In this document: in pieces, positions 25,295 to 36,795 of the stretch
How positions within the stretch are numbered: position 1 is the stretch's first letter
Layout of the letters: each line of letters starts with the position of its first letter
DNA from: Neoconidiobolus thromboides FSU 785
Taxonomy: Eukaryota; Fungi; Entomophthoromycota
Direction of reading: 5' to 3'
Assembly (NCBI GenBank): GCA_025603075.1
Contig: MU626427.1
Location: forward strand, 1-42,136
Length of the DNA: 42,136 nt
Made by a program: the position numbers and the translations under genes
The notes under the pieces: generated by a model
The model's input: only the letters and a program-made list of their open reading frames with translations
The model's database searches: none
What the model was told of the DNA's origin: nothing

Positions 25295-26092
25295 ACATGA
25301 CATCTCTCTGCTTATTTAGTATTCTATTCAATTTGAAGTTTTTTCTAGTTATATATTTTAGTCATTTTAATTATTTTAAAAAAGGTCACATTAACCTTTG
25401 ACTAGGATGTAGTTTAAAGTATTATAATATAATAGAATTCAAAGTAATGCTATTTAATTAACAAGCGCTGCTTTCTATCTTTCTAGTGGAAAATTACGTA
25501 CTGTCACATAATATTTTATATTTACTGAAGTATAGGAATTTTGCTATTTTTGCTGTATACATTTTATTTAGATCTTCAGTGGAATATGCTTTTAAGTATT
25601 TTAATTAAACAAAAATAAACAAAACGGGTAATATATATAAACTGTGGCATAATAAAAGAGTTTGGTTCGTGTAGAAAACTAAAACATAATGTAAACTTCT
25701 ATCTTTTTTATATGTTTTTAATAGTGCTATAAATTTTGTAATTTAATTTATGTAAATATGAATATTTTTGAGAACATAAATTATTACAATAAGCAAAAAT
25801 CAGAAGTTTATTAAGTACAAGAGTTTAACTTTGAAAATTTGAAATATATCGTTATTCATATAAATCAAGCTAACATTAATTGTTAATACTAATGTTATCT
25901 AATGATAGTTTATGTGAACAAAAACTCTGGATAGGTGTAATCAATATATGGCTTGAGTCTGGAATTATACATTAAAGATCGAAAGGAGAATAAAAATATC
26001 CTATATTTAACTACTGAATTTATAAAATAAAATCATGTCATGATAATTATGAATAGTGCTTTGATGACAAGTTATAGAATGGCGCACTATAT

Positions 26093-26191
26093 GAGGGTGT
26101 TTTTTTTGACTTCATTACTTTTTCCATTTTTTAAGCACTATTTGAGAGGAAAATTTATTAGCAAAATTCTTAAACACAAAAATACATTCCC
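26093..26191 (-). mobile_element. ~98-bp MITE, full length
   Basis: GAGGGTG...CATTCCC; flanks ATAT/ATAT. Confidence 0.9.
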
Positions 26192-27114
26192 ATATTCTTT
26201 TTAGTAATGAACGATATAAATAATGATCTTAAATATAGCTTTTTAAAAAGAATCAAAGTAAAACTACGGCAAAAAAGTTTGCAAACTAATACTTTTTAAA
26301 CAGATTCTAATAGTTGATTTGATTTATTCCCTCAAGAAAAGCTCGACTAGTCAATATTACTATGATATTTGTTAACTAATACTTTTAATAGGAGCCGGAT
26401 AGATACAACTTTCTAAGTATATTAAGCTTTTGAAAAAAGCGATTTATGCGTCCTTTCTTACTTATATTTCTTGTAAATAACTTTAAAAAGGCCCGGGAAT
26501 ATTTTCTGTAAGGTCTTAAACGAAAACCTCTTGGATATTGGTTACACTAGTATCTATATATGAGAGCCTTATTGGATATCAATCCAAGCAAAGGTATTCA
26601 AATTAATTTAAAAAAAATCATGAGTTGAATCTAATTTAATTTAACTAAATATATAATCAACACTTTAGAATGGGCATTTTTATTATAACTATTGTGTATA
26701 GTTTTTACATTTTTTTATTTACCTAGGCTCCTTTAGGCTTTAAAAGATACTTAGCTTTAATATTATAAACATCAATCTTTAATCTATGATATAAGTTAGA
26801 AGCGTAAATTTTCAAAATTTAAAACAGCTTAGTTACATTCAAAAAATTCAAAAGAGGGACCAATGATTTATTTAGGTAGGCCATAAGTATATTTGGTACG
26901 ATTTAAACTAAATATAATATATGAACAAACTCCCATACGCTTTATATGTAAAGTTTTAAACTATCAGAGTATTACATTTTATATTTGATTATATTGCTTC
27001 CGTATTAGTAAAAAGACATATGTTTTACATACTCTTCCATATCAATTCAAGGTGTTTGAAGGATCAAGGATTTAAAGTATAAACAGCAGTATGTATTCAA
27101 CAACCATTTTAAGT

Positions 27115-27899
27115 ATGTCAAAAAAAACAGCAAAAAAGAAAAAGAGGGCTTATATTTGCTTGGGAAAAAAGGAAAGATTCATATACATGAGCAGTCAAGC
27201 CATTCCTCATAAGCATGTTGAAAATAGGCTTAGTACTATTTGAAGCACTGTTATTAAAATAATAAACCAGGAAAAGTTTTTTATTAGCATGGTTATAAGT
27301 AAAAAAGCTCAAATATTTGAGAGGAAACCATATTAAAAAACCAATTGTTATTATTATATACCAAAATAGAACATGAAATAGAACAATCAATTTTGAAGCA
27401 AGAGATCCATTGTGAATATGTATTAGATAGCACTGATGAAATAACAAAAGAGTTAAATTTGGGATATTTAATTATTATCCCGAATCGGATGCATAGTTTT
27501 GAAAAAATATCTTGTGATAATCTATGCTCCAAAGAAATGTTGAACTCGCCTTCCATTAATATACTTAAAAGTAAGGTACTAGATGGGTAGTAGCTGCCTA
27601 TTATCAATAAACGTATATAATATAGCCAAGCGTCATCTTTTGCGTTGTTAACTAATATTGATGAAGAAAGTTTCAATAGCTTTGGAATTAATAAGCTTAT
27701 TCAAATATTTTTAAAACATAGCTTGCATATGCCCTTGATGAAAATGAGCTTGAAGGCGGTATTGAAAATAGCATGTGCCCCCAAAACTGTAATTATTATG
27801 AGCTGCAATAAGACCAAAATATTGGCTACATATATTGAAATAGTGGCTCAAATCTTTAATACTTACAATTTTATGTTTAAAAAGCTTAAATATGTATAA
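27115..27899 (+). pseudogene. Pseudogenised seventh CENP-B-like double-HTH paralog (closest to copy 3)
   Basis: ATG 27115: MSKKTAKKKRAYICLGKKERFIYMSSQAIPHKHVENRLSTI*STVIKIINQ aligns gap-free to copy 3 RVRNYISLDRKKEIIQIREQGFSHQKIANIFGIGRSTVSKIINQ. TGA at 27241; one-base frameshift near 27330; then LKNQLLLLYTKI...VLDSTDEITKELNLGYLIIIPNRMHSF (cf. LEDHLLLWYTQV...VLEKAQQLIKQLDLKNIIAGPSWIDYF) and ILKSKVLDG (cf. IVRSNVPD). Stops at 27588, 27591 and 27618. Explains the track ORFs 27345-27590 and 27645-27899. Confidence 0.85.
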
Positions 27900-28199
27900 A
27901 GCGGTTATTCAATGTAAAATGTATTAATTGTAGTCTAAGCATGAGTATAAAGATAGAAGTTTAAAAAGGACAATATAGTAATGGTATAGGAGATTTCAGT
28001 TAATATAATGTGATCTACATAAATATAATTACACATGAATGTTTTATTACTTTAAATATTATCTCAATTTCAATTAGAACTTATAAAATACATTTAAATA
28101 CTTATTTTTTAAGTACATAGGTAATAATATTATAATAAGCTACTTTCCAGTATGAGTTTTAAAACATTTTGTATATCTATAAAAACTACTTTTTAAAAG

Positions 28200-28800
28200 C
28201 GACAAGCTTTTTTGAGGGTCCTAAATAAGGACTTCCCATATCATTCCCTTTTATTGCAATTATATTGGAAACTTTCCCTAACTACTTTAATGTCTCATAC
28301 CAGGTCGCAATCCTTTATGTCACTTTTTTAGATGAGTTTGTGCTGCTAAATTCTAAGCTGATCCAATCAAAAATATTGCTCCTTGTTAAATCAATGCTCG
28401 CTTGCTCTCATCTTGCTTTATAGTAATCTCGTTCTCTGACTTTGGCATTATATCTATCTTTTATTTAGTAAAATCTATCCTCTGAGCAAATCAATTATAC
28501 CCATCTTACCTTTTCACTTGAAGATCTGAATAAAGATTTACCATCATCTTACCTATTTATGATATTATAAATTTCTTAAGTTAGTGAAGTTTTTTAGACA
28601 ATTAACATATTGCGGACTGAAAACCTTTACGTCAATCGCTTTCAAATACTCGCTTGACTTGTATCAGATTGTTATTTGGATTTTACTTTATAAAGCATTT
28701 GTCTTTCAGGCTTAAGCTTTCAAAAAAGGCTTTATCCTAATATTTGGAATCTTATAAAGAGGAGCCTATTGCCTGTGTAATTACTAGGCAATTCTGATAT
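28200..28800 (-). pseudogene. Possible highly decayed gag-like relic (boundaries approximate)
   Basis: Locally higher GC; IATWYETLK*LG at about 28311-28276, followed in another frame by IWEVL. Several stops and frameshifts. Confidence 0.2.
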
Positions 28801-29352
28801 TAAATATTATATATAAAAATTCCTTTATTGTATTTTAGCTCATACTTTATTTATAGAAGTACAAAGCTTTTATCGCCAAGAGGATAATTGACTCGCATTT
28901 AAAATAGCTGACAAATTTGTTATTTATAGTACAGCATATTATCATTTCTAATGACAAAACTATCATAAAGCTATTTTTATAGTTATTATATAAACTAGTA
29001 CCATGAAACAAATTCATAAAAGAATAAAATCCTTTTAAACTTTTTCTATTTAACTTGTAATTAAACACTAGGACTTATTTTTTTAACATTTACACAGCAA
29101 TAAAGCTGTAAATTTGAAACAATATGAAAATTCAACTATATTATATAATGCAATGAATTTGAGGTAGTTTTTAAAAAGCTATTTATCTTGAATTGGTTTT
29201 CAAAGTATAGTTACAAACATACATGTTAAACCCTCATGGTCTAAGGTAGGTTATTCGCTTTTTGCCAACCTTAATGATTTCCAGGGGTTCTTCTATTTTC
29301 GATTTTTTTTTTGAGTAAATAAAATTCACTGTTTTGTTTTCTGACAAAATAT

Positions 29353-29449
29353 GGGGATGTGTTTTTTTGTTTAAAAATTTTACTAACAATCTTTCCACTC
29401 AAATAGCGCTTAAAAATGGAAAAATAATGAAACTAAAAAAAACAGTCCC
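29353..29449 (+). mobile_element. ~98-bp MITE, full length
   Basis: GGGGATG...CAGTCCC; flanks ATAT/ATAT. Confidence 0.9.
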
Positions 29450-31622
29450 ATATGCTAAAAAAATGTATAGTCATAATTTGTTTTGGTATATATACTTCAA
29501 GTAGAATTACAAATAGAACATATGATAACTTCTCATGTTATATATTTAGTAAGTAGCGTTGGTAGGAATAAGAACTATTTTTGATTAAATTAAATTAACT
29601 CCGAGAATTTTAATCTAGAATACTTAATATGTTTAAAATTCGCTTAATAAGTAAAAATAATAAACTATAAAACTTTAAAGGTATTTCCGGTATTAGAAAT
29701 GTATATGTAAATTATGGATTAATATTGTATAGGCTTAGACAGGAATAATTAATAGCATAATGATATATTAATTCCTTTGTCATTGTACATGATATAGGAA
29801 CTATAGATTCTGCGATTATAATACAATAATTTATGTTTTTTCAAAGTTTTAATATAAATAATAACGAAATTATCTATACATCATTCTAGAAAAATGAAAT
29901 GAACGACTTTATAAAAAATTTATACTAGTTAAAGATAATGTATTGGTAATAAGCTTAAATATCATTACATGTTTGATAAACTTATCAGTCTCATTTACAC
30001 ATTGAATGTTTATAAGATATTATAAAGAAAAGCTATAAATAAGCTATTCGGATATTGATTTTTTAATCCGAATCTGAATAAAATTTCCATAACATAGAGC
30101 GCTATAATAAAAAAACTACAAGGCAAAAAAAGCTTTGAAATATCCATAAGGATACTATCAGTAATTTACATTTGCCATAATCAATTGTCCTTTCTCTAGG
30201 GCGTTTTAAATTTGGTTTTTAGTTTATAGCGTACAAATATTGTGTTATTCATAACTTGTTTCATAAATACAAAAAAGGCAAAAAGCCTAAGAACAATACG
30301 AAATTCAATCATTTACACATCAATGCGCAAATTTTTGCTACACAAAATTTAGTTTATTTTAGTCTAGATTACTAAGATTTGTTATATCAGGCAAATAAGT
30401 TTTAAGTTTGAAAAAGTCCAGTCTATTAGATCAATAATTCATAATAATGAACTTATTTTATTATAAATAAAATAGAAAAATATTTCTCTGAACTAAATAT
30501 AGCCCTATTAACGATAGTATTTATCTTTTCTAGCATCTTTTTTGTAATTTATAATATTTGACAAAAAAATGAAATATAATTAATTAACAGTAATTATATT
30601 TATTCAGCTTATTTTTCGATATAGTTGATATAAAATTCGAATCTGCCAATTATTTTCTAGGCATAATATAATATTTTAAATTGTATTAAGTTAGAACTAT
30701 ATCATTAGTTTTAATAAATTGCTGCTCTAAGCCACAAAGTTTTATTACAATCAGCCCTTAATTCACATTTCTAAAGTATAAATATATTTCTGTTATCTTT
30801 TTAAGTACTATTAATAGCATAGTATATATCATATGTTATGTTACTCTATTTAAAATTACCAAAATAAATATATTACTTATTTTAGTATAACTTCCCATGT
30901 TAAGAAATTTTTTGATTAAGCACTCTCCAACAAAAATCAGATAGATTTTGATAAGTATTTACCTTACAGTTAAGCTGGAAAATATTAACACACATTCATT
31001 GCTACTTTTTATTGTGATTTGAAAGCTAAATATTCTTCTGAAGTTAAACTTTTACCATTACATTAAAAAAGTTTGTTTGTACGTTTTACTTTAAATTAAT
31101 GGATTTTTTGAGTGATTGATGGTATTTAAGCTATCTATTGTTTCTCTTTCTTTGTTATTGTATGATGTTAATAGCTTTGGACATCAAATACTAATATTTT
31201 AAATAGTTTAAGTGTCATCAATCAATTAAAAAATATATTAATTTACAGTAAAGCATACAAATAAACTATTTAAAAAAGAGACAAACTATTGTTAATTTAC
31301 AAATAAGAGTTTGGCTTTAAAGAACAATTGGTTTAGAAACTATGATAAAAGATCAACAATGTGGTCAATAGTTTCTGTCTAGACTGTATATTTTTTGATT
31401 TAAAGCCGTTATATTTACTTATATATAAGACATCTGATACTATCCAATAGATAAGAATTCCAAAAACAAGATCAGTATAAATAGCCTCTTCTCTTTATCA
31501 CATACATCTCAAATTAAGCTAACTTGATTTTACAACTTTTATTTTTAGTTCAATTTATGTTTATAAATAATTTTTATTTATCATTTATTCTCAGGCCTCT
31601 TACAGTGTAATTTTTAATATAT

Positions 31623-31717
31623 GGGGATGTGTTTTTTGTTTAAGGATTTTACTAACAATCTTTCCACTTAAATAGCGCTTAAAAAATAGAAAATAATGAA
31701 ATCAAAAAAACATCTCC
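31623..31717 (+). mobile_element. MITE, full length (95 bp)
   Basis: GGGGATG...CATCTCC; flanks ATAT/ATAT. Confidence 0.9.
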
Positions 31718-32687
31718 ATATGTTATTTACTTCGATTCAAAACGCCAAAAATGACGTCTTATTATAACGTTATGATCTTGAAGTGCTATTTAATATATCC
31801 CTAAATTATTATTTTTATACGCTTTATAAAGCTCGTAATAATAAACGACGTTGTTAAGGGAAAACTATAACGGTAAACAAACTTGGAAGTAAGAGTTATC
31901 CTTAAATGCGGCTACAAGTAAAATGAACAAACAATGACTTTTTTAATGTTTCTTGGTATCTATACACTTTGTTGTTTAGAGCCAACTCCTTAAGATATAA
32001 GTATGTTTTTTTGAAAACATTGATTGCTGGTCTTTGGTATAAATTCTATAGGTACTAAAATATCTTTGTGACCTATTTAAACTAGGGTGTACTTTTTGGT
32101 ACTAGATCATGGAGTTATAAAATGCATTTCAATACAACAGCCAAATTTGATTTTTAATTAATGGCACTTTTACTCTACTGATTCTTTGAATAAAGTACAG
32201 GCTTTCAAATATAACATTTTTTAGTTATAAATATAATTAAATTATTATTATTCTATTAGGGCTTTTTATATATAATTACAGATAGCTAATTCTCAAAATA
32301 TTTGTTAGTAGTGCTAGTAGTGCAATCTGTTAATGGCTATTTTTAAATGTAGCAAAAGTCAAGTCATAATGTATATTAGAATAGATTATATAATTTTGGT
32401 AGATTATTGGGGATATTGCTATTTTTAGTATTTACACAAGGCTTTAGATAACTACATAAAAGATACCAGAGCGAAATTCAAATGACTAAACTTATTAAAT
32501 AAGGTTTATTAAAGAAAATTTTATTCATTACATATGCAATAAAATAAGTATATATTCGCTCAAATTATGTTCTGGATTTAACCAAATCTATCATCGAATA
32601 AGAATAGGAAAAATAGAGTATATATAAAGGAAGATAACCCAACACGCTAAAATTCATAACAAATAACCACATCAAATCAAAAAAATA

Positions 32688-33341
32688 ATGTCTTACAGGA
32701 AACCTAGAAAAGTATTAAATATACATACGAAAAAAAAAATAATCGAACTAGCGGATACGGGTTTAAGTCATTTGAGTATAAGCAAAATTTTCGAAGTTGG
32801 AAGAAGTACTGTTACTAAAATTTTGCTAAGGAAGAATGTCATTTTAAGGAATGAAATACTGGATTGTGATCCACGTAAGTGTTTAAAGGATAGTACACTA
32901 AATGATTTAGAAGGAAAATTGTATAAATGGTGTACAGTTGGTATTCAAATAGATTCAACCGGGACTACCTTTATAAAAGAAGGAATTACGACCGATGATA
33001 TACTTACTAAAGCAAACGAACTCATGAATGGGTTGAAACTCACGAACTTTGCTCCAGATACAAAATGGATTACTAGGTTTTGTAGAAAATACAAACTCAA
33101 GAAAAATAATTCTAAGAAAGATAAGGTTTTATTAGTTAAGAGTAATGTACCAGAAGGCTACGGTTTAAACGATAATTCTAACGAAGCTACATCTATTACT
33201 GAACAATATCCACAAGATTTTAGTTACGATATATTTTCTAGCTTTAACAACATAAACCAAAACATGCCATATTATCCAGATTCTTACCTTTGCTTGTCTA
33301 ACAGCTCTCCACTTTCAGATAATTTTTATTACACTTTTTAA
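32688..33341 (+). CDS. CENP-B/pogo-derived double-HTH protein without DDE (copy 6, 217 aa)
   Basis: LSHLSISKIFEVGRSTVTKIL; DPRKC; LEGKLYKWCT; ILTKANELMNGLKLTNFAPDTKWITRFCRKY; LVKSNVPE; TATATAAAGG at 32621-32630. Confidence 0.85.
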   Translation: MSYRKPRKVLNIHTKKKIIELADTGLSHLSISKIFEVGRSTVTKILLRKNVILRNEILDCDPRKCLKDSTLNDLEGKLYKWCTVGIQIDSTGTTFIKEGITTDDILTKANELMNGLKLTNFAPDTKWITRFCRKYKLKKNNSKKDKVLLVKSNVPEGYGLNDNSNEATSITEQYPQDFSYDIFSSFNNINQNMPYYPDSYLCLSNSSPLSDNFYYTF

Positions 33342-33539
33342 ATTAATATCCAATTTTTTAATTTTATAATAAAATTGGTCAAAACTATTTACCATCTTCT
33401 AAAATAGAACCTTCTATTATTTAGTTACAAACCTACTAAAATTTAAAAATACCAAAAAAGTGTTTTTAGACTCTTGAATAAAAAGCTAATTTTTTTTAGA
33501 AATTTTGAAAGGGGAGATTGACTGACTACTCATCCACTG

Positions 33540-33960
33540 TGTAGCCTATTGTTTAGAGGTGAAAATAAGAGATAAATCAATACAGTCAGCTTCAACGAGA
33601 TAAACAAAGAGAGAGTGAATATAGGAAAGACGAAGGATTAAGTTCTTTTATGTCAATTTTTGAGAGAGTAAGATGAAAACTATCCCGCCTTTATGCTCCA
33701 ATTTATACGTTTGCCCATATATGTAACAAAGAAACAGCAGGAGAATAGGTTAATAAAGAACTATTAGCAGGAATTCTAAAATAACAAAAAACTATAACCC
33801 AAGGGTTAGTCATAATAATGAAGAGTTACTGATAAGAGAGGAAAGAGAAGAAAGAGTAAAAAGGGACCCTTAATTGAGAAGAAAAGGAGGGAAGCGAATT
33901 GTTTTACCTTTGCAAAGGTCTGTTCTTTTACTGCCTATTATATAATAGCTTATGCAAGTT
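33540..33960 (+). pseudogene. Possible decayed gag-like relic (boundaries approximate)
   Basis: Purine-rich stretch reading EYRKDEGLSSFMSIFERV and DENYPAFMLQFIRL...ENRLIKNY in broken frames, reminiscent of the gag Q..DE.V..Y..RF..L motif. Confidence 0.2.
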
Positions 33961-35205
33961 TTGTAATTATATTTTGTACTATTTTTATACCCTTATTAAC
34001 TATATATTTGTATCAAATTCAAATAAATATCCTTATTTTACATAGGAGATGAGTAATTTAATTCCACTTATGGTTTTAAGTAAAATTCTGAATTCACAGA
34101 CTCTATTACAAGATATATCATTAAATGTAATTATGTCGGTATAGCTGTATGCAAGTTATTGCTTTGAAAAAGCTTTTAGAAATTAATAATGTCTTATCAT
34201 AACTATTCTAAAAAAAGAAGAGTTAAAAAGTATTAAGGTAGTAAAAATAGGAGCTTTATTATCAAATATAGGAAAAAGAATTATATAGTAATAAAAAAGA
34301 TACATACTTTATTTTATTTTTGAAAAAACAAGTAGCACTGAATAAAGTTATTCAAAGCATTGAGCCTAATATAGGTTCCATTAAAATACGTAGCAATATA
34401 TTTAAAAACGATTTTTACTATAAATATAAATATTAAGATTTGATTAATTACAAAACTAGAACAATTGAAATGTGTAAAAAAAAGAGTATTCTAATATCAA
34501 ACTCGTATTAAGATTTATTAAACTTATCAATCATTTGTAAATAAATATAACAACCCAATGCTTGGCAAAAAGATTGTCAATTCTCAGAAAATCAATACTA
34601 ATTTGTTCTATATTTAATGAAAAAGTTATAGTTGGATTAGTTTAAAAGCTCGGTTCAAATTTTGTACATTTTAATTTTTAATGGAAATTACAAATTAAAC
34701 ACCAAGCCCCTATAAAAATATTGTCCTTGCTTTTGCTTAGTTTAAAATTACTGATATTGTAACAATTTTAATCTAGTATTTGACTAGTACTTTTCAAAAT
34801 TTTATGCTATATAAGATAAAAAAATAATCGATTTTTTTAAAAATTTTACCAGACTTTTAAGCTTTATTTATTTCATAAAGTAATACTGTTAAGTTAATTT
34901 CTCTATTTTATTATTAACTAACTTTAGAAATACTGAAATCCTTTTAGTTTTGAGCATCATCATCAATATTTTATATTTTATTTTTATTAATCAGAATGGT
35001 ATAAAATCATTTTCTATCTTATAAATTAAATTGTATTATTTTATTTCAAATAACACTGATATAATTTAAACATCACTTTATTTTTACGTTGATACATTAA
35101 TGTTTGATTTATACAGATTAACAAATTACCAATGTACTAATAACACATAACTTCCGCTATTTGGAGCATTTAGTATTTTACATAAAATATATTTAAATAA
35201 CATTT

Positions 35206-35302
35206 GGGGATGTGTTTTTTGTTTAAGAACTTTACTAACAATCTTTCGGTTCAAATAGCGCTTAAAAAATGGAGAAAGTAATGAAACCAAAAAACCATCC
35301 CT
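35206..35302 (+). mobile_element. ~98-bp MITE, full length
   Basis: GGGGATG...CATCCCT; perfect ATTT/ATTT duplication. Confidence 0.9.
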
Positions 35303-35399
35303 ATTTGTAAAACTAATTTACTACATGTTTTTAAAATTTGAACCGAGTAAAGCTTTAAGGGGCAAGCTAAGTCAACACTTTATTTAAAAAAACCAAGTA

Positions 35400-35561
35400 T
35401 AGTTTTTTAAAATAACTATATGCACCCAAAATATATTGGTATTGATTAAAAAATGACAGGGAATCCTTTTTAAAGAGCTTCCATACCTCCAGCTTTATCC
35501 CAAACCCTTTCATAAACGTATACCAAGTATCAGGCGTTAAACCGGGGGAGAGTGAATCCTT
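35400..35561 (-). pseudogene. Gag-like relic (Retrotrans_gag-type motif)
   Basis: Open frame KDSLSPGLTPDTWYTFMKGFGIKLEVWKLFKKDSLSFF resembles the A..WY...W..FK..FL..F signature. Higher-GC broken frames continue to about 35990. Confidence 0.35.
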
Positions 35562-36337
35562 TTATTGATTCCGATCTGAAATATAGTAACAAACATTCTA
35601 TTTACACTTTATCTCTTATGTTTTCTTTTGAACTTTCATTGTATTAAATGATCTAACTTTATATGAGTGGGTAATTAAAAAATATTTATTTAACAAAAAA
35701 TCAGCAGTTTCTCATGCTTCCCTTTATCATAAGCTTTCATTTCATCGTTAAGATGTGTTTACCCCGTATGAATTAAGTTAAATTAATCTTGAGTAGTCAA
35801 ACCATTGGTCCTACAGCTTCTTACTCCCATTATCACTCTTAGATAGCGCTTTATGAAATGAAACCCAGATTTATGGAATTTAATCTATTTGGATCTGAAA
35901 CTGGCCGGTTAGAATTAGAGTAGTTTCTCCAATTCATATATTTCTCCCCTTTACCTCTCTAATCTCCCTTGCTGCTTATTATTCTATTACCAGTCAATTT
36001 AAAATTTATATATCCTTTACTTTGAGTAACAAGCCATTTGAGGGAGTTTTAAGATTTTAAAAAATAGTTGCTAATTTTGAATGGATTTAAAACTAACTAG
36101 TGAGATTATTTTTTTGATCAATGAATTGTAAAATTGGCTTTAGAATTATGTTATTATTTGTAGAAGCTAAAATACCATATTAAGAAATGTAAAAATGATA
36201 CTTGAAGTGGTCATAAATGAAAATGTATCATTATATATTAAAAATAACAAAATTTGTAATAGTGAGACCATAAAAAAAGAGTACAAAAACATGGATACCT
36301 TTCTATCTGAAATCATAATAGAATCAAAGTATTAAAG

Positions 36338-36604
36338 ATGTCATCTCAGCCATCAAAAATGGACGGAAATATGAATTTCACTATCGCATACGTTAAAGAA
36401 AATGTAGACTCTGCTGCTAATCACCCTGTTCAAGCAAAGGGCACTGCTCAAAAAGTTGAAGGCAATGGTGAATATCAAGCTGCTAAATCAAAGGGTTGTG
36501 CTAAAGGCGCCAAAGATGGTGTTACTGGGAGTATTAAATACATTGTTGATTTCTTCAATAGTAATCGTCAAACTCAAGCTGAAGGTAAAGCTTTGGAGTT
36601 ATAA
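36338..36604 (+). CDS. CsbD/Hmp1-like small hydrophilic protein, probably truncated or eroded
   Basis: MSSQPSK...VKENV...QAKGTAQKVEGNGEYQAAKSKG.AKGAKD...TQAEGKA fits the fungal Hmp1/CsbD-like pattern. The in-frame continuation after TAA reads GDVKRKANA. Confidence 0.65.
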   Translation: MSSQPSKMDGNMNFTIAYVKENVDSAANHPVQAKGTAQKVEGNGEYQAAKSKGCAKGAKDGVTGSIKYIVDFFNSNRQTQAEGKALEL

Positions 36605-36795
36605 GGTGATGTCAAGAGAAAAGCTAATGCTTGGATATTTACTATTCGAATAAATCTATACTTTATAGAAAAGATTCAAAATTTTTAATATTGTAGCAAA
36701 ATTTGCAATAATTTAACTAATACAAAGATAATTCATTACAAATACCAACATAAAAAACTCAAAAAAGCAATATTAATTTTTAATAGTTATACCAT

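Noticed and set aside
6233-33341. HTH ORFs as active transposases
   Set aside because: No DDE catalytic region, no visible TIRs, ORFs only 217-349 aa.
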